From positions 46,316 to 110,315 of IMG/VR virus record IMGVR_UViG_3300032326_002451: 64,000 bases of DNA. One strand, written 5' to 3'. The notes below the pieces were generated by a model that was not told the DNA's origin, searched no databases, and saw only the letters and a program-made list of their open reading frames with translations. This document shows, piece by piece, positions 27,816 to 36,700 of this stretch. A program made the translations under genes and the position numbers. The DNA comes from a virus. The first letter of the stretch is position 1, and each line of letters starts with the position of its first letter.

Positions 27816-30307
27816 GCAATTGTGTTTTCTACAACTACAAGTGTTTGCACTCTGTCTCCGTTATCCAAACCTACTATTTTACTTCCGATAGTAGTCTTTC
27901 CTTTGGATCGAAAATCTTCTACTGACATTCTAACCATTTTTCCTTTCTGAGTTAGAACCAGAAATTCCTTGCCTTCGCTTACTACAGCTGCGCAAACAAT
28001 ATTTCCATTACGAGTTTTCTTTTCTGAATTGATAGTTCTGCTCCCTTTTGCATATCTGCCGGACAAAGATTTATATTCATTAGCATCAGTTTTTTTACCA
28101 AAACCGTTTTCGGTGATGACTAAAATCTCAGAACTTTCATTTCTATCAAGCACAAGCATAGAAACAATTGTGTCATTTTCTTGAAGATTCATGGCACGAA
28201 CGCCTTGTCCAGCCCTACCAATAGACCTTACAATGTCTTCAGAGTACCTTAGAGCATATCCATTTGCAGTAATAAGAGCAATGTCTTTTTCACCGTTTGT
28301 AGTTGAAACATGAACCAAAGAATCGTCTTCATTTAGTGTTAATGCTTTAAGTCCACGCTTACGCAAACTTGTGTTGTACTCTCTTACTTCACTTCTTTTA
28401 ATCAAACCATTTTTAGTTACCATAATGAAGTAAGCATCTACATCTAATGATTTCATTGTGATAGTTGATGCAACGACTTCTTCAGGGGCCAAAGCAAGCA
28501 AATTGGCAGTGTGGATTCCCTTGTTTGTTCTTGAAGACAGAGGTATTTCATATCCCTTTTTCTTTAAAAGATTGCCTTGATTGGTAAAGAAGAGGAACAA
28601 GTCATGTGTCGATCCAACATAAATATCTGCAGCTTCATCTTCTTCACGACCCTTGACTGCAATAACACCTTTTCCGCCCCGACCTTGTGATTTGAAAGTA
28701 TCTAATGGGACACGCTTTATATAGCCATCTTTTGTAAGAGAAACAACAATTTGCTCTTCTGTGATAAGGTCCTCGTAATTGAAATCATCCATTGAAGGGA
28801 CAATCTCGCTACGGCGATCATCACCAAGTTTTTCAGCAATATCAATCTGTTCTTTAGAAATAAGATTTAGCATTTTCTTTTCAGAAGATAATTGAGTTGT
28901 TAGCCATTCGTTTCTTTTAGTAAGCTTAGAAAACTCATCAGCCATTGAGTTGACATCAAGTTTTGTAAGATTGCCTAATGTAATCTTGAGGACAGCATCA
29001 GCTTGTTCTGGTGATTTTACAAATCCTTGTGAGATGAGTTCTTGTTGTGCCACATTCCTATCATCAGCTTCACGGATGAGCTTAATAACCGCATCAATTT
29101 TAGTGGTAATCCCAATGAGGCCATCAAGGATATGGAGTCTTCGATTATTCTTGTCCAGTTCTGCATTGAATTTTCTCGTCAAAACATCTTTTCTGTGATT
29201 TACAAATGTTTCAACCAACTTAATGAGAGGAACATTTTCAACAACCTTCTTACCATCCATTAGTACAGTAGAGTTAACAGAAAAGTTTGTTCTAAGACAT
29301 GTATGCTTCAAAACTAAATTTAAAACTACATTAGTATTAGCTGATTTATGAATCCAAATTCTTACATCCATACCTTTTTTGTTTGTAAGATTTTTAAGGT
29401 TAGTGATACCTTCAATTTTTTTAGATTCAACAAGTTCTTTAATTTCTCGGCAAAATCCCTCAGCAGAACCTCCATATGGAAGAGCTGTTACCTTGATATA
29501 TTGCTGACCATTTTTTTCTGATTCAATAGTATGGTAGCCCTCGAGTTGAACTGAGCCTCTTCCAGTTGTAAAGTAATTCTTTATACCAGTGTTGCCGAGG
29601 ATTTTACAAGGAAGAGGAAAATCTGGGCCTGGAACAATTTCCATAATTTCTTCAACAGTAATTTCTGGATTTTTGATATATGCGTCAATTAGCTTGGCAA
29701 TTTCACGAAGATTGTGAGGTGCCATAGAGGTAGCCCATCCAACAGCAATACCAGAGCATCCATTGACAATCAAGTTTGGAATCAATGATGGAAGAACAGT
29801 GGGCTCCATCAGTTCATCGTTGTAGTTAGAAATGTAATCTACAACTTGATTTGATAACTCAGAAATCATTTGGTCGCCAAACACAGAAAACTTTGCTTCT
29901 GTGTAGCGCATTGCAGCTGGTTTATCTTCTGGCGCAGGAGATCCAAAGTTTCCTTGAGGCGAAATGAGAGGGTAGCGTAAAGACCAATCTTGTGCCATTC
30001 GAACAAGAGTTGGATAAACTACTGCTTCACCATGTGGATGGTAGTTTCCTGATACATCACCGCAAATCTTCGCACATTTCTTTGTCTTACCAGAAGATCT
30101 TAGGTTAAGATCATTCATAGCGACTAAGGTTCTTCTTTGGGATGGCTTTAGGCCATCCCTTGCGTCAGGTAGCGCACGATCTTCCATAACTGCAAAAGCA
30201 TAATTGGTAAATCTGTCATCAATTAGTTCGATAAACTCTTTTTCGATAACATGATCCTGCATAACTTCGAGCGGATTTACTTCTTCAACCTTAGATTTCT
30301 TAGCCAT
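27791..30307 (-). CDS. gyrA: DNA gyrase subunit A
   Basis: RALPDARDGLKP, YHPHGE, QGNFGS, AAMRYTE (catalytic Tyr), GyrA-box QGRGGKG, beta-pinwheel CTD blades. Confidence 0.96.
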   Translation of the reverse strand: MAKKSKVEEVNPLEVMQDHVIEKEFIELIDDRFTNYAFAVMEDRALPDARDGLKPSQRRTLVAMNDLNLRSSGKTKKCAKICGDVSGNYHPHGEAVVYPTLVRMAQDWSLRYPLISPQGNFGSPAPEDKPAAMRYTEAKFSVFGDQMISELSNQVVDYISNYNDELMEPTVLPSLIPNLIVNGCSGIAVGWATSMAPHNLREIAKLIDAYIKNPEITVEEIMEIVPGPDFPLPCKILGNTGIKNYFTTGRGSVQLEGYHTIESEKNGQQYIKVTALPYGGSAEGFCREIKELVESKKIEGITNLKNLTNKKGMDVRIWIHKSANTNVVLNLVLKHTCLRTNFSVNSTVLMDGKKVVENVPLIKLVETFVNHRKDVLTRKFNAELDKNNRRLHILDGLIGITTKIDAVIKLIREADDRNVAQQELISQGFVKSPEQADAVLKITLGNLTKLDVNSMADEFSKLTKRNEWLTTQLSSEKKMLNLISKEQIDIAEKLGDDRRSEIVPSMDDFNYEDLITEEQIVVSLTKDGYIKRVPLDTFKSQGRGGKGVIAVKGREEDEAADIYVGSTHDLFLFFTNQGNLLKKKGYEIPLSSRTNKGIHTANLLALAPEEVVASTITMKSLDVDAYFIMVTKNGLIKRSEVREYNTSLRKRGLKALTLNEDDSLVHVSTTNGEKDIALITANGYALRYSEDIVRSIGRAGQGVRAMNLQENDTIVSMLVLDRNESSEILVITENGFGKKTDANEYKSLSGRYAKGSRTINSEKKTRNGNIVCAAVVSEGKEFLVLTQKGKMVRMSVEDFRSKGKTTIGSKIVGLDNGDRVQTLVVVENTIAKEETLHQ

Positions 30308-32426
30308 TGTTTTCTACCAATCTCTTTGCAGACTTTTGAATAATATGCTCTTTGCGAGGAGCAACTTCACTACCCATCAAAACATTCAAGATTCTTGATG
30401 CTTCTTCAACATCATCAACGGTAACTTTGATAATTTGACGCTTACCAATTTCCATTGTTGTTGTGCCAAGTTCATCAGCATCCATTTCGCCAAGACCTTT
30501 GAATCTTGTAACTTCTATTTTATCACCATACTTCTTTCTGTAGCCTTCAAGTTCAGCATCAGTATGGATATAAAACTTATCATTTTTTACATTAACTCTG
30601 TACAGTGGTGGTTTAGCTATATATAAATGCCCTTCAGTAATTAATGGCCTCATGAACCTATAGAAGAAAGTCATAAGTAGAGTAGCGATATGAGCACCAT
30701 CATCATCAGCGTCAGTCATGATAACAATCTTGCCATATCTTAGATCCTTAAGGCTGAAATCATCTCTAATACCAGTGCCTACAGCTGAAATAATTGCAGC
30801 TACTTCCTCATTTTGCATCAGCTTAGCATAATCATTTTTTTCTGGATTGATAATTTTTCCACGAATTGGCATGACAGCTTGATACTCAGGATCTCTTCCA
30901 CCCTTGCATGAACCAGCAGCAGAATCACCTTCAACAATGTAAAGTTCAGTTGATACAGAATCTTCAGAGTTACAATCTGAAAGTTTACCTGGAAGTGAAC
31001 CTGACCTTCCTAAAAATCCTTGTCTTTTGATTGACTCAGAAGCTCTTTTTGCTGCTGCTCTTGCCTTTGCTGCTCTCAAAGCTCTTTCGGCAATATTTTT
31101 TACAATGGTTGGATTTTTTTCGAAGAATTCTGTGAGTGCTTCAGAAAACAATCTGTTAACCACGCCCTCAACTTCCTGAGAACCAAGCTTACCTTTTGTT
31201 TGGCCTTCGAATTGAGGCTGAGGTAAACGAACAGAAACAATGGCAACAATACCTTCACGAATGTCTTCTCCAGTCAGATTAACATCTTTTTCTTTCAAAA
31301 CTCCAGAGCTTCGAGCAAACTGATTTACAACTCTTGTGATACATGTTTTGAACCCACTAAGATGAGTTCCACCATCAGAGGTATAAATATTATTTGCATA
31401 GGTATAGATTGTTTCATCGTCTTCGTCACTATACTGGAATGCAACCTGAACATTAACTTTGCCTGATTTGTTATCAAAGAAAAATGGTTTGACTGGATAA
31501 ACATTTGAACGTGATTTTGCTAAAAATGAAACATAATCAGCAATTCCACCTTCAAAATAGAATTCTTCTTTTGTTCCAGTATGCTCATTTTTGTAACAGA
31601 TCTTAAGTCCGCCATTAAGATAAGCAGTTTCACGAAGCCTACGAACAAGAACAGCTTCATCAAATTGAATATTTTTGTATGAGTGATTGAACCATGAATT
31701 GTACGAATCTGAGTAAACAGAATCTGGATAGTTCATCGATTTAAAACATTCAGTGAAAGCATTTAGATCTACAGGACCAGAAATGAGAGCTTTACGCCAT
31801 TTTCCAGAGCATTCTGCAAAAGATTCATCAATCTCAAAATCATCGATAAGAACTTCACGGAATGCATCTTCTACTGCAAATTGGCCAAAAATATTGTGGT
31901 CAGGAGTAAAAACAATTTTTGTGCTGGTAGATGAGGATGTTCCTACTTCCTTTACAGAAGAAACTGGAATACCACGTTCAAAAGATAATTGATATTTCTT
32001 TTTATCACGGCAAACTTCAACATCAAGATTTAGTGAGAGAAAGTTTACACAAGAAGCGCCAACACCGTGAAGGCCTCCAGATGCTTCGTATCCGGAACCA
32101 TCATCACCAAATTTACCGCCAGCATGAAGTTCAGTAAGGACAATTTCCAGTGTGCTACGTTTTTTTGGGTCTTCTTGCTTGACGGCAACAGGAATACCAC
32201 GTCCATCATCAATGATAGTGATGCTTCTGTTATCTTTAGAAACTACAACATCAATCTTTGAACAATGTCCAGCCATATGCTCATCGACAGAATTGTCCAA
32301 AATTTCCCACACCAGATGATGAAGACCTTTTTTACCTGTATCTCCGATGTACATGGCAGGTCTGGTCCTGACTGCTTCTTGACTCTCCAAAATTTGAATG
32401 GAGTTTTCATTGTATTGACTGGCCAT
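30300..32426 (-). CDS. gyrB: DNA gyrase subunit B (with ~70-aa insertion in ATPase domain)
   Basis: AVRTRPAMYIG, EILDNSVDE, DDGRGIP, LHAGGKF, GGLHGVG, VEGDSA, PIRGK, MTDADDDG, RFKGLGEM; AGAAGGAAG SD favours MASQY start at 32426. Confidence 0.96.
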   Translation of the reverse strand: MASQYNENSIQILESQEAVRTRPAMYIGDTGKKGLHHLVWEILDNSVDEHMAGHCSKIDVVVSKDNRSITIIDDGRGIPVAVKQEDPKKRSTLEIVLTELHAGGKFGDDGSGYEASGGLHGVGASCVNFLSLNLDVEVCRDKKKYQLSFERGIPVSSVKEVGTSSSTSTKIVFTPDHNIFGQFAVEDAFREVLIDDFEIDESFAECSGKWRKALISGPVDLNAFTECFKSMNYPDSVYSDSYNSWFNHSYKNIQFDEAVLVRRLRETAYLNGGLKICYKNEHTGTKEEFYFEGGIADYVSFLAKSRSNVYPVKPFFFDNKSGKVNVQVAFQYSDEDDETIYTYANNIYTSDGGTHLSGFKTCITRVVNQFARSSGVLKEKDVNLTGEDIREGIVAIVSVRLPQPQFEGQTKGKLGSQEVEGVVNRLFSEALTEFFEKNPTIVKNIAERALRAAKARAAAKRASESIKRQGFLGRSGSLPGKLSDCNSEDSVSTELYIVEGDSAAGSCKGGRDPEYQAVMPIRGKIINPEKNDYAKLMQNEEVAAIISAVGTGIRDDFSLKDLRYGKIVIMTDADDDGAHIATLLMTFFYRFMRPLITEGHLYIAKPPLYRVNVKNDKFYIHTDAELEGYRKKYGDKIEVTRFKGLGEMDADELGTTTMEIGKRQIIKVTVDDVEEASRILNVLMGSEVAPRKEHIIQKSAKRLVENNG

Positions 32427-32474
32427 CTTACTTCCTTCTGGCATAAAAAAATGCTGTGATTTATATACCACAGC

Positions 32475-32503
32475 ATTATACCCAAATTTGCCAAAATAAG
32501 CAA
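32475..32503 (-). promoter_or_regulatory. Sigma70-type promoter for gyrBA: TTGCTT-N17-TATAAT
   Basis: Near-consensus boxes with 17-bp spacer; followed by hairpin GCTGTG...CACAGC. Confidence 0.7.
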
Positions 32504-32507
32504 CTTT

Positions 32508-33170
32508 TTACATTATGTGATCAGCTAATCGATGAAAGCCTAATTCGTCCAAATAAGCAGAAATTCTAACCATATTTTTGTAATGGCTGCTTGCCATTGC
32601 TCCTCCGCCAGCAGGAGCTTCTTTTGACTTTGCTTTAGAAATCCCAAAAGAAATTGCTTTGACTGCTTGCATTATATTGTCAAGTGTGACTGGAATTTCT
32701 AATGTATCGAGTGTTTTACCAGCTGGCAATCTTTTCCATCTATCGTTTCTTGTAGCTTCAATTTCTTTAGCGTCAACTTCTTTTTCAGGCAATCTTTCGC
32801 CTTTTTTCCATCCATCTATTCCGCCAAGCTTATTACCACCATACATTCTAAAAATAACATTTGCTATTTCTTCTTCAGAGGTCGATCCGACATTGGATGA
32901 AGATGAAAGTATTTCAGAAAGTTTTTTTTGTAACTCTGCATCTTTGAGTATCATTCCAAGATTTTCAAGTGGATATGGGACACCTTGAGCAGTAGTATTG
33001 TCAGTAGGACCTCCAGCTGCCCCAGCGGGAGCTGGCATTCCAGGCATTGGAGGCATAGCACCCATGCCCATATCCATAGGAGGTGGCGCAGCAGCACCTG
33101 GATCTGGTGGCGGCGCAGCAGCAGCTGCTGCTGGATCGGCTTGAGCGATTCTTAGAATTGAAGTTTTCAT
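32508..33170 (-). CDS. Hypothetical protein with RIAQ leader, P/A/M/G low-complexity segment and C-terminal LD..G...AD motif
   Basis: MKTSILRIAQ; ...MVRISAYLDELGFHRLADHIM*. Confidence 0.7.
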   Translation of the reverse strand: MKTSILRIAQADPAAAAAAPPPDPGAAAPPPMDMGMGAMPPMPGMPAPAGAAGGPTDNTTAQGVPYPLENLGMILKDAELQKKLSEILSSSSNVGSTSEEEIANVIFRMYGGNKLGGIDGWKKGERLPEKEVDAKEIEATRNDRWKRLPAGKTLDTLEIPVTLDNIMQAVKAISFGISKAKSKEAPAGGGAMASSHYKNMVRISAYLDELGFHRLADHIM

Positions 33171-33652
33171 TATCTAATTGGTGCTGAAATGAAATCTGAT
33201 CTGTGTTTGCCAGCACCAGGAGTTTTTAATGCTTCCTCAGTTTGCTGAGCATTTTCTAATTTTTGTTCAGAGTCAGGTTCATCTTTCTCTGGATCAAATT
33301 CTAAGTAACTTAGAACATCGGGATTCAATATTTCTTGTAATCCCCATTTTGATTTTGTAGATTGTGCAACTTTTCTTAAAGCTTGACCAGAGCTTAAGCC
33401 TTTGATATCAATCACATTCTCAGTATAATCATCCCACTCGTCAAGGCTTGCCATTGCTTTAAGGATAGCATCATTCATATGCGCTTGTACTGTCTTTTCG
33501 TCAAGTTTCTTTGCAAGTCTTAAATTTCTATGTGACAACCTAAACATGGAAGCAGCGTGAGCAATAATCTTATTTTGTTCTTCTCTACTAAATGCATTTT
33601 TTGGGTCAATTTCTCTTAGCAATGTATGTAGTTGCTGTTCAATATTTTGCAT
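33170..33652 (-). CDS. Hypothetical protein (contains LRLAK and RKVAQ sites)
   Basis: TAATG-coupled to downstream gene; candidate late promoter upstream. Confidence 0.65.
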   Translation of the reverse strand: MQNIEQQLHTLLREIDPKNAFSREEQNKIIAHAASMFRLSHRNLRLAKKLDEKTVQAHMNDAILKAMASLDEWDDYTENVIDIKGLSSGQALRKVAQSTKSKWGLQEILNPDVLSYLEFDPEKDEPDSEQKLENAQQTEEALKTPGAGKHRSDFISAPIR

Positions 33653-33681
33653 ATGAATACTCTCTTAAAAACCATCGTTAA

Positions 33682-33714
33682 TATTTATTTATCAACAGAA
33701 GAAGGCTTACCTTT
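33682..33714 (-). promoter_or_regulatory. Candidate phage late promoter AAAGGT-N18-AAATAAATA
   Basis: Motif match. Confidence 0.5.
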
Positions 33715-33718
33715 TATT

Positions 33719-36700
33719 TTAGTCTTCTACAGTTTTATATTCTACTTTAAACTTTATATTCCTGACTTTTCCATTTGATGTTATGTTGCTATTTGATAAG
33801 GAATCAGATGTTGGTATTTTTACAGCTATCGCAAATCTATTACTGTTAGCCGTTGAATACTTATCTATTTTTGCTGATCCAAGATAGAAAGCATTACTAT
33901 TGTCAGCTCCTAAAAGTTGCCATGTACTTGGATTAGAATTAAATAATCCATCTTTATCAACAGAAACCCATTCAATTGAATCAGTGCCTATAATGTATTC
34001 TGTAAGTTGAGCATAAGTGATAGTTCTTGGTAGTCCTAACTTGATTCTGTAAACTGTATCTTGGTTTACTGTTCCATTTACAACTTTTACAGTCAATTGA
34101 GGGTTTAATTCAGAGTCTGCATTCAAGTCTTCTGCTCTTGCCCACGCATATTCTGCACCAGTTCCAGTAACAACATAAACTCCGTTCTGAGATTTATTAC
34201 TGTCTTGATTTTTGACTAAAATTCTGTGACCTTTTTCAAGAATTACCCCATCAATAGTTGATGGAGGGCTTGAAAGATTTATATTAACATTGCTCGAAGT
34301 TGTTGCACAGTTACAGTCAGCGAGTTTATTGCTTAGATTCACCTTGGCCCAATAAATAGAGCTACTTCCTATTGTTGGAGTTGCTGTTTCATCATATACA
34401 AGAGCGTAATATCCTGTCGAGGCTAAACCAGAAGTAACATTACATTTTTTTCCGATTGATATTTCGCTCGACTCATCTAAGTTTTCATGTCTCGTAAGAT
34501 AAAAAGAAATGTTGGAGTCTGCTTTGTAGATACCATTTTGAGTGTTGTTTGTCTGACCAAGTAATAAAATCGTTTGTCCTAACGTTATTGAAGGATCAGA
34601 AAACGAAGATACTAATGAAGTATTTGAACCTATAATTTTTGTACATGAGGTGTAATTATTTATTTTATCTTGCTCAAACCAATCAATATCACTTGATCCC
34701 AAAGTTGTGCTACTTGGATCAAAATACAGCTCATAGTCTTTATTCGAGTTTAAGTCAGTCACATAACATGAAGTAATTGAAAATCCTGCAGTATTTGTAC
34801 TTCCTGACGCTAAAACTCTTGAATAAATAGGGGCAATATTTTGAGTAAATCTTCCAACATATCTTTCATTAGATGCAGCTTGAGATAGTAAAAGAACTTT
34901 ATCATTAGCAGCAAGAGTGACGCCATCAGTCGCATCTGGGTAGGCTGTTGTTAAGGCTAATCCGCTATAAACTGAAGACGAAACTGCCTTTACGTCAATA
35001 GTTTGACCGTAACCTGACTTAATCCAATTGATGGCTGTGTTTCCACTTGTTGATCCAATTGAATAGAAAGCTGATGGTAAAATTAGTTCATAAGTGGTGT
35101 TACCGTAAACTACTCTGCCTAATGATTTTAGGTCAGATGAGCTTGAAAAATCGCCACTTCTTGAAAGCTTATAAACAGGATTGCTATAAACTGAATAAAT
35201 ACCATTTTGTTTTTTATTAGTTTGGTCTTTGACGAGTATTATATCATTTATAGCTGGAGCATATGAATTAATAATCCCACCAAAGTCGCTAAAATCAGTT
35301 ATTGCTACTCCAGTTGATGTGTTGCATGAAAAGACACTTACACTTTCATATGAGTACCAAGATTTATCACCATTCACACGAGATGTATTGTTTGGATTGT
35401 AGTGTAAGAAGAACTTAGCAGCTCCATATAATACATTCAAAGGAGTTAAAGGGTTAGTGAAGTTCGTATTATATGATAAAGTGACAGGCGTGTATCCAAG
35501 ATTTGCAAATTTATAAATCTTTTGATCTCGTTTACCTGATTTATTATGCTGTATTAGATTATTTTTATCATCATAATAAGATGTCTGTATTGTAGTAGCC
35601 AAGCCTGAATCATTATTGTTAAGCAATAAGATGTTTTGATTAGCTTGTAAATTCAGACTTTGGAACCATTTGTCTATTGTAAATCCTGATCCAGAAGATA
35701 TTGCTTTCTCTAAATATACAGTACCAGTGAATAATCCTAAAGTTTCACCAGTCCCAGGCATGTAAATATTTGACTCAAAATACGATGCTGTAAATGCTGA
35801 TCCAACTTTTTTGTAATATCCATCAGAGGATTGTCTTGAAGTGTAAAAATATTCATTTACATTAGAAACTTCAATAATTCTATCAATATCTATTTTGTAT
35901 GATTTTGAATTATCGTATGCTTTGTACCAATGATTTCTGTCAGTGTTATATTTAGCTTCTGTAGTTGTGCCTAATCCAGTTGCGTTTGATATTTGGAAAT
36001 AAATATTATCAGGAGTGTATTTGTTTAGTGTTATAGCAGAACCAGAATTGATGAAGTATTTGTTATCAAGTACTTGCTCTACAGTGTAAAATCTATTGAG
36101 AAGAGATTTTGATTGCTCATTATATCTTGGTGTATCAAAATCAGAATACAAATAAACATACAAAGTGTCAGTAGATGATGTAGCAAATCCAGAGTATGGT
36201 GATATATACCCAAATTGCGGATATACATCATAATCAACTTTATTATAAAAATTAGTTTGGTTGCCTTGAGCATCTATGACAAAAACATCTAAACTTGGAT
36301 AATTATATTCATTCCAACAATATGTGTCAGATGTTCCAGCTTTAACAACGTGTATAGCAGGATCAAATATAGTATCTCCTGGAGCAATTACAAGTCTCTT
36401 ATAATGATCTATATGGCCATTGGCAACTCTTTGCTTTACACGTCTTAGATAATATGTCCATGTATTTGGGTTTATGTGAACAATTTGATAGATACCGTTG
36501 ACTTGATTTGGAAGTCCATTGTTCCAAACATCTTCATTGCTATCTTGATATATAGCTCTGTCGCCAATTTCATAGTAATAAATGACTGAAGGATCATCTA
36601 ATATTGTGTAAAGCTGCCTTCCTCTATTGACAGTTAGCATATCACCGTCAACAGTATCTTTGTTAGTCAAATCACCTGCTATGAAATGTTGGATAGGTGC

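Noticed and set aside
31665-31886. GyrB insertion (and helicase insertion) as inteins
   Set aside because: No N-terminal Cys/Ser block A, no terminal His-Asn followed by C/S/T, no LAGLIDADG motifs.
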